From Chlorobiota bacterium (GTDB taxonomy: Bacteria > Bacteroidota > Ignavibacteria > Tepidaquicellales > OLB5), in assembly GCA_022616535.1 (NCBI GenBank), contig JAKEEM010000047.1, positions 1,563-65,562 of the forward strand: a stretch of 64,000 nucleotides of DNA, in the 5' to 3' direction. The translations under genes were made by a program, and so were the position numbers. Shown piece by piece: positions 1 to 9,534 of this stretch. The notes beneath the pieces are model-generated. The model saw only the letters and a program-made list of their open reading frames with translations. It did no database searches and had not been told where the DNA came from. Within the stretch, counting starts at the first letter, position 1. Every line of letters begins with the position of its first letter.

Positions 1-478
1 CGTGAACAATGTTAGTCATCGGCAGCGCAGGATGGGTGACTTCGGTAAGATTTTCCCGTACGCCGAGATAAAACTTTATCTGTTTCTCATTAATTACAAC
101 AACGTAATATGGCTGGCTTCTGTTATATGCAAAGACAAGGTCTCTAGTCTCAAAAGTTTTATCAATTGTGACGCGCTCTTTAACGGGAAAGGGGAATATG
201 AATTTAGCGGAGAAATTTTCATTGACAAAAATTGCAAGCCCCTCAAGCAGGTGATTAAAATCTATTTCCTGCATTTTTTTGCCGATGGTTTCCATGATGC
301 TATCTACTCGTTTTTTTTCGAATTCCGCAAGCAATCTCTGGTTTGCCTGATGTACCAAATTGCGGAGTCTGATGGGGTCCTGCTGGTTATCAGGGAACGT
401 TCTGTGTGTCGGCATTAATATTGAAACCGACGGATAACTGCTGTGAGATTGAATTTTTTGAATATCACTTCTGTTCAT
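1..478 (-). CDS. baeRF-like (bacterial archaeo-eukaryotic release factor family) protein, first 159 codons; the gene continues past the left edge
   Basis: Absent from the supplied ORF track because it has no stop inside the window. The reverse-strand ATG is at 476-478 with GGAGA just upstream. Hand translation MNRSDIQKIQSHSSYPSVSILMPTHRTFPDNQQDPIRLRNLVHQANQRLLAEFEKKRVDSIMETIGKKMQEIDFNHLLEGLAIFVNENFSAKFIFPFPVKERV... stays open to base 1. The N-terminal pattern 'VSIxxPTHR...DPIRLxNL' matches my memory of baeRF-family proteins. Confidence 0.5.
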   Translation of the reverse strand, partial: MNRSDIQKIQSHSSYPSVSILMPTHRTFPDNQQDPIRLRNLVHQANQRLLAEFEKKRVDSIMETIGKKMQEIDFNHLLEGLAIFVNENFSAKFIFPFPVKERVTIDKTFETRDLVFAYNRSQPYYVVVINEKQIKFYLGVRENLTEVTHPALPMTNIVH

Positions 479-620
479 GGTTTCTCCATCTAAAAGATTT
501 GTGTTTAAAGGACGAATGATTATGCATTAATATAACAAAAAAATTGAAACTTGCTACTAAAAAAACACGACAAAATCATCATGGGTTCTTTAGTTTACAA
601 AAATTTGAAATTCAATAATT

Positions 621-2381
621 TTAGTCCGTATTTACAATTCTTGCTACAGGATAGCGCATAAACTCCGGCTCGCGGATTGTATTATCATAAATGAACTTAA
701 GCTGCATGCTCCCGTCATTGCGGAATTTTTCATCATCTTGTTTCTTTTTTTTTAATTCATCCTTTAAGCCCGGTTTTGAGTTTAACAGACTGTCAGCAAT
801 ATCCTCAAACAGATACGGGTCGAAATATTCTTTTTGCTGGAGTATACCATCGAAGAAATTCCAATTGAAATACGAATCCACACCCTGCGGCTCAAGCACG
901 CTTACAATAAAATTATTGCAATCTTGATTTGTGTAAATAATGTAATCACCCCTAAAGAATTTTCTTGCTTCGTTTACCTTTTTCAGCTTTACGTTCGAAT
1001 GCTGATAATGCCCCTCGTATGGCGGAGTGCGTGTATCGAACGTTTCTATATAATATGTTTCTACGTCAATAACTCTATTTTCATTAAGCGCTTCCATTTC
1101 AACCTTGTTCAACTTTAAAAGCTCAACAACCTTCCACCACGCTTGCGGAACAATGTAGGCAATTGGTCCGGTAACAGATTGTTTTGGGATGTAATTGTTG
1201 TAAAAATCAATTTCTTTTTCCCAGGGCGAGTTTTTATCATAATATACCCTGTTTAAACCTGAAATTTCACTCGGCTTGTATTTTGCTTCATATCCTTTAA
1301 ACCAAATTTTGTTTGCATTAGCTGAATCAAGATTCCATTCCAATACAAATTCATTTTTGTTTTTTGAGTTTTCATCTGCAAGCTTTTTGTTCTTTATGAT
1401 GGTTTGATAATCCGTATCGGCAATCGTTAGTGTTGAAATTAAAAACCCATAAGTTGCCCATACCCTTTGTTCATGGGTTTTCAGCATATGAGTTTCCGAT
1501 ACAAATCCGATTGTGTTAAATAATGATGCATAGCCGGTTGAATAGCGCGGTGTTTCGGGAAATTCCACTATTCCTGAATCAGGTGTTAATTTAAACGTAG
1601 TAACATAGGGACACATTTCCCAGTTTTTTTTCTTCATTTCTTCATCAAGAAAAGGCACAAGTCTGCCTGTTAAGTATTCGGCAAGAGGCTGTTGAAGCTT
1701 ATTGTGCTGGGTTGCGATGTAAGTCATTACATACGGGTAGTCAGCCCCATCTGTTGTGTGTGTATCAACAAACAATTCGGGCTTCCATTTCCTGAATATT
1801 TCTATAAACGAGCGGGCATTTTTGGTGTCGCACTTTATAAAATCGCGGTTTAAATCTCTGTTTTGATAGTTACCCCTGAAACCGTAATCAAGCGGGCCAA
1901 CCTGATTTACCCGCGTAAAATTATTTCTGTTTAACGCTCCGTCTATATTATAAATCGGAATTAAAATAATAACAACATTATCAAGCAGATTATCGTATTT
2001 ACCTTCTGTCAAATCTCTGACAAGCATCATCGAGGCATCGATTCCGTCAGGTTCTCCCGGATGGATTCCGTTGTTGACAAATAAAATAACCTTACCGTTT
2101 TTTCTTACTTCTTCAGGTTCGAATACTTTATCTTTTGATATTATAACAAGATGAAGCGGCCTGCCGATATCGGTTTCACCGGCTTCTATCATCTTTACCT
2201 GCTCATATTTTTTATCAAGCGATTTGTAAAACCCGATGCATTCATCATACGTTGTTGTGGTGAGCTTATTTTTTTCAAAAGGTGTCATTTGAGAGTTTAT
2301 ATAGTTTGTAAATAAAGTTAAAATTGATAAAACAATAATTATAGTTTTCATAATTGATTTTTTATATTTATAATTATTCAT
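621..2381 (-). CDS. secreted M14-family zinc carboxypeptidase
   Basis: 586 aa with an N-terminal signal-like hydrophobic segment. It carries the HxxE zinc motif (HPGEPDG), NRDLNRDF, and a downstream His (SETHMLK) typical of peptidase M14. Confidence 0.8.
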   Translation of the reverse strand: MNNYKYKKSIMKTIIIVLSILTLFTNYINSQMTPFEKNKLTTTTYDECIGFYKSLDKKYEQVKMIEAGETDIGRPLHLVIISKDKVFEPEEVRKNGKVILFVNNGIHPGEPDGIDASMMLVRDLTEGKYDNLLDNVVIILIPIYNIDGALNRNNFTRVNQVGPLDYGFRGNYQNRDLNRDFIKCDTKNARSFIEIFRKWKPELFVDTHTTDGADYPYVMTYIATQHNKLQQPLAEYLTGRLVPFLDEEMKKKNWEMCPYVTTFKLTPDSGIVEFPETPRYSTGYASLFNTIGFVSETHMLKTHEQRVWATYGFLISTLTIADTDYQTIIKNKKLADENSKNKNEFVLEWNLDSANANKIWFKGYEAKYKPSEISGLNRVYYDKNSPWEKEIDFYNNYIPKQSVTGPIAYIVPQAWWKVVELLKLNKVEMEALNENRVIDVETYYIETFDTRTPPYEGHYQHSNVKLKKVNEARKFFRGDYIIYTNQDCNNFIVSVLEPQGVDSYFNWNFFDGILQQKEYFDPYLFEDIADSLLNSKPGLKDELKKKKQDDEKFRNDGSMQLKFIYDNTIREPEFMRYPVARIVNTD

Positions 2382-2434
2382 TAACTTTAAAATTATGAAT
2401 TTTATTTTGAAATTAAAACTTTAAATTCTAATTC

Positions 2435-2704
2435 ATGATAGAAACCTGGTTATTGGTTTTAACACTCTTCATCCCTCGAATATCTCTTTTAATAGCATAT
2501 TTCAGCCACCAGATTCCCTATAATAACCTTCCGTTTGTAGGTGATTTACTGCTATATATCTTTTTGCCGCGAGTATTGATGGTCATCTATATATATGACA
2601 ATCTTGGCTGGCAGAGTCCCTGGTTTTGGATACATATCGTTATGGCTATTATAGTATGGTCCAAAGGCTCACATGAAACCTACAAACGTAAATTCAGAAA
2701 ATAA
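2435..2704 (+). CDS. small hydrophobic membrane protein (hypothetical)
   Basis: 89 aa with about three hydrophobic segments, divergent from the peptidase gene. I recognise no motif. Confidence 0.35.
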   Translation: MIETWLLVLTLFIPRISLLIAYFSHQIPYNNLPFVGDLLLYIFLPRVLMVIYIYDNLGWQSPWFWIHIVMAIIVWSKGSHETYKRKFRK

Positions 2705-2870
2705 GCAGATACATTCGGAAAAATTCATTACAATTTTTCGGGCTCCTAACCTGCTGTTTCTACCTAAGGTCTCTAACCAAAACTCCTAAGAAATTTCTTT
2801 AAAAAACCGCAAAGCCACAATTTTAGTGCTCAGTGCAAAATTTTATATGGAATTATTAAAATTAATTTTA

Positions 2871-2878
2871 TAATTTTG
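2871..2878 (+). promoter_or_regulatory. candidate Bacteroidetes-type -7 box (TAATTTTG) for the act/cox operon
   Basis: Matches TAnnTTTG 30 nt upstream of the actA ATG. No clear -33 TTG is present. Confidence 0.3.
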
Positions 2879-2908
2879 TTTTCTGTATTTCACGGTTTAA
2901 TAGCATAA

Positions 2909-3502
2909 ATGAAGAAATTTCTGCTCGATTATGGGATTAAGGTACGCCTGCCTATAATCCTGTTCGTTATAATTGTATCATTTGCAGTAACTTACTATGT
3001 TTCCTACGCTGAACGCAACGGAATAGGGTATCAGCCGGAGCAGCCTATTGCTTTTTCCCATAAGATGCATGCCGGAGATATGAATATTGACTGCCAGTAT
3101 TGCCATATTGGCGTTGAAAAATCAAGGGTTGCAAGCGTTCCGGCTGTAAATGTTTGTATGGGATGCCACGCCATTTCAAGAGCGGATAAGCCTGAAATTC
3201 AGAAACTTACGCAGTATTATAACGAAAATAAGCCGCTCCCCTGGAAACGGGTTCACAGGGTGCCGGATTTTGCATATTTCAATCACAGTGTCCACGTAAA
3301 TAAGGGTCTTGCCTGCGAGGATTGTCATGGCGAGGTTCAAAATATGGATACCCTGAGGGGAAATCCCTTTAAATCAATAGGGCAGGTTAGCTCATTTACA
3401 ATGGGTTCTTGCCTGGACTGCCACAGGAATGCTCATGAGAAATTTCCGAATTTGCCTAATTTGAATCGGGGTCCCGAGAATTGCAATGCTTGTCACAGGT
3501 AA
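2909..3502 (+). CDS. actA: alternative complex III subunit ActA, pentaheme cytochrome c
   Basis: N-terminal TM helix plus five CxxCH motifs (CQYCH, CMGCH, CEDCH, CLDCH, CNACH). It is the first gene of an actABCDEF-like cluster. Confidence 0.85.
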   Translation: MKKFLLDYGIKVRLPIILFVIIVSFAVTYYVSYAERNGIGYQPEQPIAFSHKMHAGDMNIDCQYCHIGVEKSRVASVPAVNVCMGCHAISRADKPEIQKLTQYYNENKPLPWKRVHRVPDFAYFNHSVHVNKGLACEDCHGEVQNMDTLRGNPFKSIGQVSSFTMGSCLDCHRNAHEKFPNLPNLNRGPENCNACHR

Positions 3503-3503
3503 A

Positions 3504-3719
3504 ATGAAGCCCAATAACATAATTAAACCTAAGACCAAAACTAAAATTAAACGAAGAAACTTTTTCTATTATTTAAGCGCAGGCGCTTTGGGTATCTATG
3601 CATTAACAAAGCACCCGTTTAAGATTTTTACTTCAAAGGTGAAAGCTTCATCAAGCATAAAGGTCAAAGAAAACCCATACGCCGTTAAAAGAGATTTGAA
3701 AGGTTCGACCAATGGATAA
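3504..3719 (+). CDS. small protein with a twin-arginine-like motif and one TM segment (unassigned; possible accessory ACIII subunit)
   Basis: The ATG at 3504 lies 1 nt after the actA stop, and the ORF end overlaps the actB start by 8 nt. Sequence MKPNNIIKPKTKTKIKRRNFFYYLSAGALGIYALTK... has RRNFF followed by a hydrophobic stretch. The tight packing argues for a real gene. Confidence 0.4.
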   Translation: MKPNNIIKPKTKTKIKRRNFFYYLSAGALGIYALTKHPFKIFTSKVKASSSIKVKENPYAVKRDLKGSTNG

Positions 3720-6700
3720 GGGCAAGCTCAACATTTCTAATATGATTATTGAAAATGGCCCTGAAGCCAAAAGGGAAGATTCCGAAGACCTTGTCGAGCA
3801 AGCCCTCAATAAGACTTACTGGAGAAGCTTTAAAGAATTATACAATGACCCTGACTTCAAAGACGCCGTAAAATATGAGTTCACAAAAGAATCCGAAGAA
3901 AAACCTGATTTAAGCAAGCTTTCGGGAATTTCTCGCAGAAGGTTTCTTGCTTTAATGAGCGCATCAGCCGCTTTAGCCGCAGCAGGATGTTCAAACTATA
4001 AAGATAAGGGCCTGGTGATTGCCTACAATCAGAAACCCGAAGAAGTTGTGCTGGGACTTCCGAACTATTACGCATCAGCCTGCACAGGATGCGGGAGCGC
4101 TTGCGGAATACTGGTAAAAACACGCGAAGGCCGCCCCATAAAAATTGACGGCAATCCAGACCACCCTGTAAGCAAGGGAAAAATCTGCACTAAAGGGCAG
4201 GCAAGCATTATGAACCTTTATAATCCCGAACGCCTGCGCGAACCGATGTTTAATAAACTGCAAACATCGTGGGATGAAGCAAATAAGAACATTGTTAATG
4301 AGTTAAAGTCCGCTTCATCATCGGGCAAAGAAATTGCTATTATTACCCACTCGGTTTTATCACCTTCGCTTAAAAAATTACTTGATGAGTTTAAAGTCAC
4401 CTACCCGACTGCTAAAATATATTCATACGAAGTATTTAACGATACTCCAAAGCAGAATGCCTGGTTTAAATCATACGGCAAAAGAACTATTCCTGCTTTA
4501 CAGCTTGATAAAGCTAAGGTAATCCTGGCTTTGGAATCTGATTTTCTCGGCAATGAATTGAACCAGATTGAAAACACAAGACTTTATTCCCAAACCCGCG
4601 ATGTGATGAGCAAAAATGAGTTCAGCCGTCTCTACGCTGTTGAGGGCGCTGTTACGCTTACAGGAACTAATGCCGACTACAGAATAAGGCTGAGAACAGA
4701 TGCAATCGAAGAGTTTGTAATATGTATTTTGAATGAGCTTGTGAACAGGAAGAAAGTCTCCGCATTTGCTGCTGATTCAAGAGTCACATCTGTTTTAGCA
4801 AGCTATAACCTAAATGACTTTGCTGCAAAGTATTATCTTGACCTAAAATCTTTAAATCAGCTCATCGAGGATCTGACAAAACATCAGGGCGAGGGAATTA
4901 TCCTTGCGGGCGACAAGCTTCCAGAATCGACTCACATTGCAGCCAACCTGCTGAATGAAGTTTTGGGAAATACTAAACTTTACTCAAGTGAATCCGAAAA
5001 TGTTGAGCTAATGCCGCTTAGCACAAATGATGAGCTTAGCGCTCTTGATGATAATATGCAAAAAGGCGGAGTTGGAGTTGTAATTCATTTTGATACAAAC
5101 CCCGTATTCCATTTTTCTCCTGATTATAATTATGCAGAAGCGCTGAAGAAAGTCCATACGGTTGTAACATTAACGGAGGAAATATCCGAAAGTGCTGAGC
5201 TTTCCGGCTATGTTCTGCCGATTAATGACCCGCTTGAGTCATGGGGCGACTTTAAAACAAGAACGGGTTTCTACAGCCTGCAGCAGCCCATAATTGCTCC
5301 TTTATATAATACAAGGCAGAAGGAAGCAATTCTGCTGAATTGGAAGGACTTGGAAAAACCGTATAATGAAAAAATTTACAACGATTATATCAGGGAAAAC
5401 TGGGAGAAGAATTTGTATCCTGTCTTTGGTTCGCTGGCTCCGTTTAATAAGTTCTGGTTAACAATTTTGCATGACGGTGTGGCATTAGTGAACGAGAAAT
5501 CTGAATCAGCAGGAACATTTTCAACTGGTGCATTTGCTGAGTCATCAAGAATGAAAGCAGGGAGCGATTTTATCGTTCTGCTTCAAAACAATAACAGCGT
5601 TGGCGACGGGCGTTTTGCCTCAAACGGCTGGCTGCAGGAGCTTCCCAACCCGATTACAAAAACCGTTTGGGATAATTATGCAGCACTATCGCCTCAGGCG
5701 GCATCGGAGATTGGAGTTAACTCAAATGACTTGGTTGAAATAACTCTCGGCAGCAAAAAACAAACACTGCCGGTATTTGTTCAGCCCGGACTTGCGGATA
5801 AAGTTATTGAAATCTCTCTCGGTTACGGCAGAACTGCAGCAGGTGCGGTCGGCACGGGCGTAGGAGTTAATGCAAACGTTTTAATTTCAAAAGCACCCGC
5901 AATAACTGAAAGATTTTACAATAATGCACAAATAACAAAAGTAAGCGGAACGTACGAAATCGCTTCAACTCAGGAACATTACCCGATTGACAGTGACCCG
6001 CTTTTGAAGGACATTCAATATAAGCGTGGTATAATAAGAGAAGGAACTTACGAAGAATATAAAACCAATCCGAAGTTTTTAAAAGAAAAAGAAGGGCGCT
6101 TAAATCTCCAGCCTATCAACAAGCCGCCTGTCTACGAAAGCAAAGACTATACCGGCTACAAATGGGGCATGGCTATTGATTTGAATAAATGCACTGGATG
6201 CGGAGCATGTATAACAGCATGCAACGTTGAAAATAACATTCCTATTGTGGGTAAAGACCAGGTTATAGTTAACCGTGAAATGATGTGGATACGGCTTGAC
6301 AGGTATTATTCAGGCACTCCCGATGCACCAAAGACAAGCTACCAGCCGATGTTATGCCAGCATTGCGATTATGCACCGTGTGAAAACGTTTGTCCCGTGG
6401 TTGCAACAACACACAGCAATGACGGCTTAAATGCAATGGCATACAACAGGTGCGTGGGGACAAGATACTGCTCAAATAACTGTCCCTACAAGGTGCGCAG
6501 GTTCAATTATTTCGATTTCAGAGACCATTTCAGGGATTCGATACAATATGCAGAGCCGCTTGATTTATTGGCTAATCCGGAGGTTACGGTACGCTCAAGA
6601 GGTATTATGGAAAAATGCACATTCTGCATTCAGCGGATTATGAAGGAACGCCAGGATGCAATCCAGGAAAACAGGAAAGTAATCGGCTCAAATGTAAAAA

Positions 6701-6882
6701 CCGCATGCCAGGAAGCTTGTCCTGCATATGCTATTGTTTTCGGCGATGTGAACGATAAGGAATCCGAAATCGCTAAATACAGGGAACATGAATTGGCCTA
6801 CAGCGTTCTTGAAGAGATTAAGGTTTTGCCTAACGTAACTTATATTGCTAAGCTTAGAAACGTTCTGGAAGAATCCAAGTAA
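3712..6882 (+). CDS. actB: ACIII subunit ActB (fused molybdopterin-oxidoreductase-like B1 and 4Fe-4S B2 domains)
   Basis: 1056 aa. 'YWRSFKELYNDPDF' precedes the Tat signal SRRRFLALMSASAALAAAGCS (lipobox Cys). The C-terminal region has ferredoxin-type Cys clusters (CTGCGACITAC, CQHCDYAPCENVCP, CVGTRYCSNNCP, CTFC, CQEACP). Confidence 0.9.
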   Translation: MDKGKLNISNMIIENGPEAKREDSEDLVEQALNKTYWRSFKELYNDPDFKDAVKYEFTKESEEKPDLSKLSGISRRRFLALMSASAALAAAGCSNYKDKGLVIAYNQKPEEVVLGLPNYYASACTGCGSACGILVKTREGRPIKIDGNPDHPVSKGKICTKGQASIMNLYNPERLREPMFNKLQTSWDEANKNIVNELKSASSSGKEIAIITHSVLSPSLKKLLDEFKVTYPTAKIYSYEVFNDTPKQNAWFKSYGKRTIPALQLDKAKVILALESDFLGNELNQIENTRLYSQTRDVMSKNEFSRLYAVEGAVTLTGTNADYRIRLRTDAIEEFVICILNELVNRKKVSAFAADSRVTSVLASYNLNDFAAKYYLDLKSLNQLIEDLTKHQGEGIILAGDKLPESTHIAANLLNEVLGNTKLYSSESENVELMPLSTNDELSALDDNMQKGGVGVVIHFDTNPVFHFSPDYNYAEALKKVHTVVTLTEEISESAELSGYVLPINDPLESWGDFKTRTGFYSLQQPIIAPLYNTRQKEAILLNWKDLEKPYNEKIYNDYIRENWEKNLYPVFGSLAPFNKFWLTILHDGVALVNEKSESAGTFSTGAFAESSRMKAGSDFIVLLQNNNSVGDGRFASNGWLQELPNPITKTVWDNYAALSPQAASEIGVNSNDLVEITLGSKKQTLPVFVQPGLADKVIEISLGYGRTAAGAVGTGVGVNANVLISKAPAITERFYNNAQITKVSGTYEIASTQEHYPIDSDPLLKDIQYKRGIIREGTYEEYKTNPKFLKEKEGRLNLQPINKPPVYESKDYTGYKWGMAIDLNKCTGCGACITACNVENNIPIVGKDQVIVNREMMWIRLDRYYSGTPDAPKTSYQPMLCQHCDYAPCENVCPVVATTHSNDGLNAMAYNRCVGTRYCSNNCPYKVRRFNYFDFRDHFRDSIQYAEPLDLLANPEVTVRSRGIMEKCTFCIQRIMKERQDAIQENRKVIGSNVKTACQEACPAYAIVFGDVNDKESEIAKYREHELAYSVLEEIKVLPNVTYIAKLRNVLEESK

Positions 6883-6935
6883 TAAAAATAAAATAACAAA
6901 AAATAAAGTAACAAACTGTACGGAGAAAATAAATT

Positions 6936-8315
6936 TTGAGTCTTGATGCCACCTTCACAAGGGAGATTCCCTTATTAGAGGGAAAGTCTTCCTTTAAGGA
7001 AATAGACGATGTAATTGCCAAACCGGTTGAATCGAAGCCTACAATTAAATGGTGGATTGCAATCGGCATTAGCTCTACTGCACTACTTATCGGAGCCGTT
7101 TGCCTCGGACTTACGTTCTGGTACGGAATCGGCTTGTGGGGAAACAATCAGCCGGTAGGGTGGGCATTCGATATCATCAACTTCGTGTTCTGGATAGGTA
7201 TCGGGCATGCAGGTACACTGATTTCAGCAATTTTATTTTTATTCCGCCAGAAGTGGAGAACAGGTATCGCGCGCTTTGCTGAGGCAATGACAATATTTGC
7301 AGTTATGACTGCGGGCTTGTTCCCTGCAATACACACGGGCCGCCCCTGGCTTGACGGCTATTTGCTTCCGTATCCTAACCAGCATAATTTGTGGGTAAAT
7401 TTCACCTCACCGCTTTTGTGGGACGTATTTGCAGTATCAACATACTTTACTGTTTCGTTTGTCTTTTGGTATGTAGGGCTTATACCTGATTTAGCTACAT
7501 TAAGAGACAGAACAACAAGCGGAATTAAAAAATTTGTTTACACAATATTCAGTCTTGGGTGGAGAGGTTCAAACAGGCACTGGCAGCATTACGAAAGAGT
7601 ATACTTAATACTGGCGGGTCTCTCCACACCGCTCGTTCTTTCGGTTCACACAATAGTAAGCTTTGATTTCGCCGTATCGGTAATACCCGGCTGGCATACA
7701 ACAATATTTCCTCCGTACTTTGTCGCGGGCGCTATTTTCTCTGGTTTCGGGATGGTGTCCACAGTGCTTATAATAGTTCGCAAAGTCTTTGATATGGAGC
7801 ACATAATTACTGTGAATACGCTTGAAAAGATGAACAAGATTCTGCTTGCCACGGGTACTATGGTCGGCTACGCCTATGGAATGGAATTTTTTATCGCGTG
7901 GTACAGCGGCAATCCCGTTGAACAGTTTGCTTTTATTAACAGGGCATTCGGTCCATACGCTTGGGCATACTGGATTATGATTAGCTGCAATGTGCTTTTC
8001 CCGCAGCTTTTCTGGTTTAAGAAAATAAGGCGCAATATTCCGATAACATTTGTGATTGTAATTCTTGTTAACGTCGGCATGTGGTTCGAAAGGTTTGTAA
8101 TTATTGTGACTTCGCTTCACAGGGATTACCTGCCCACAAGCTGGGCTATGTATTATCCAACGATGTATGATATCGGAATACTGCTCGGAAGCTTTGGGCT
8201 ATTCTTTACTTTGATTATTTTATTTGCAAGAACACTGCCCGTAGTTTCTATGGCTGAGCTGAAAGCTGTAACGGAAAATGCACAGCCGAAAATTCATCAT
8301 AACGGAAGTGAATAA
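6936..8315 (+). CDS. actC: ACIII subunit ActC (NrfD/PsrC-like quinol-interacting membrane subunit)
   Basis: 459-aa polytopic membrane protein in the canonical position after actB. TTG start with GGAGA about 9 nt upstream. Confidence 0.85.
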   Translation: MSLDATFTREIPLLEGKSSFKEIDDVIAKPVESKPTIKWWIAIGISSTALLIGAVCLGLTFWYGIGLWGNNQPVGWAFDIINFVFWIGIGHAGTLISAILFLFRQKWRTGIARFAEAMTIFAVMTAGLFPAIHTGRPWLDGYLLPYPNQHNLWVNFTSPLLWDVFAVSTYFTVSFVFWYVGLIPDLATLRDRTTSGIKKFVYTIFSLGWRGSNRHWQHYERVYLILAGLSTPLVLSVHTIVSFDFAVSVIPGWHTTIFPPYFVAGAIFSGFGMVSTVLIIVRKVFDMEHIITVNTLEKMNKILLATGTMVGYAYGMEFFIAWYSGNPVEQFAFINRAFGPYAWAYWIMISCNVLFPQLFWFKKIRRNIPITFVIVILVNVGMWFERFVIIVTSLHRDYLPTSWAMYYPTMYDIGILLGSFGLFFTLIILFARTLPVVSMAELKAVTENAQPKIHHNGSE

Positions 8316-8327
8316 AAAGTAATCTGA

Positions 8328-9527
8328 ATGTTTGGCAGAATATTAAATAAAATTGATGAAGAGTTTTTAAAATCCGAACCGCGTAAAGGCGAATTATTTG
8401 CAGTCTCGGCTTTGTTCGATACACCGGACCAGATAATTACCTCTGCTGAAAAAGTCTCTGGCTCAGGCTACAGAAGGTTCGATGTGCTAACGCCATATCC
8501 GATGCACGGATTGGACAATGCTATGCGGCTGCGTGAAACTAAAATCGGCTGGGTGGGACTTCTTGCAGGTATGTCAGGAACAACGCTTGCTTTTTTAATG
8601 ATTTGGTGGATGGTGGGAATCGATTACAAAAATGTAATCGGAGGAAAACCTTTCTTTAATATTGCACCTTCAATTCCCATAATGTTTGAGCTGACGGTTC
8701 TGCTTTCAGCGTTAACACTTGTTGCTTTTTTGATTGCGGTATTCAATAAGCTTCCGTCAAACGCAAATCCCCTTATGGCTACGGAGTTTATGAAGCATGT
8801 TACAAGCGATAAGTTCGGCATATATATAGAAGCAAAAGACCCGAAATTTAATCAAAACGAAATTAAATCGCTTTTTTCCTCGCTCGGTGCAAGTGAAGTT
8901 TACGATATTAATGAAGTCTCTTATGATGAGGGCAAGACCAAAAATCCCATTCTGGATTTTAAGTTCGTTGGTAATTTAATAGGCGTTGGAATTGTAACTG
9001 CAATCCTGTCGTATTTTACTCTGAATTATCTGTTATTCCTTCCGCCGTTTAACTGGATGCACCATCAGGCAAAAGTGCTTCCGCAGAGCGAAAGCAAGTT
9101 TTTTAATGACGGCTTTTCGATGAGAAAACCGGTTGAAGGAACGGTGGCAAGAGGGTTTATTCCGTACGAGTTTAAGGGAATGCATGATTCATTGGTTGTT
9201 GAAACTCCGAATCCGCTGCCTGTGACAAAGGAAATATTGGAGAAGGGCAAGAAAAATTTTGATATTTACTGCTCACCCTGCCACGGGTATTACGGCAAAG
9301 GCGATAGCAGGCTCAGGGGGCAGTTCCCTGTTCCGCCAACTTTGCATTCGGAAAAAGTCCGCAGCTGGAAGGATGCAAACATATACCACGTGATTACAAA
9401 CGGGCAAAACGTAATGCCAAGCTATGAAAAGCAGATATCAAGAGACGACCGCTGGGCAATAATACATTATTTGAGAGTTCTGCAAAGGTCGCAGAACGCT
9501 CCTGATTCAGATTTTGAGGGGAAATAA
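8328..9527 (+). CDS. actDE: ActD-ActE fusion: DUF3341-like membrane domain plus C-terminal monoheme cytochrome c
   Basis: 399 aa. The N-terminal approximately 170 aa resembles ActD (two TM helices). A further TM follows, then a cytochrome c domain with a single CSPCH and a distal Met (NVMPSY). Confidence 0.75.
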   Translation: MFGRILNKIDEEFLKSEPRKGELFAVSALFDTPDQIITSAEKVSGSGYRRFDVLTPYPMHGLDNAMRLRETKIGWVGLLAGMSGTTLAFLMIWWMVGIDYKNVIGGKPFFNIAPSIPIMFELTVLLSALTLVAFLIAVFNKLPSNANPLMATEFMKHVTSDKFGIYIEAKDPKFNQNEIKSLFSSLGASEVYDINEVSYDEGKTKNPILDFKFVGNLIGVGIVTAILSYFTLNYLLFLPPFNWMHHQAKVLPQSESKFFNDGFSMRKPVEGTVARGFIPYEFKGMHDSLVVETPNPLPVTKEILEKGKKNFDIYCSPCHGYYGKGDSRLRGQFPVPPTLHSEKVRSWKDANIYHVITNGQNVMPSYEKQISRDDRWAIIHYLRVLQRSQNAPDSDFEGK

Positions 9528-9534
9528 ATTCTAA

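Noticed and set aside
2-418. 138-aa plus-strand ORF at the left edge
   Set aside because: It is a shadow of the better-supported minus-strand gene (ATG at 478 with GGAGA, and a coherent baeRF-like translation). Its own translation is low-complexity with no start context.
3486-3503. Track start (MLVTGK...) for the small ORF between actA and actB
   Set aside because: It would overlap the last 17 nt of actA. The in-frame ATG at 3504, just after the actA stop, is the more economical start.
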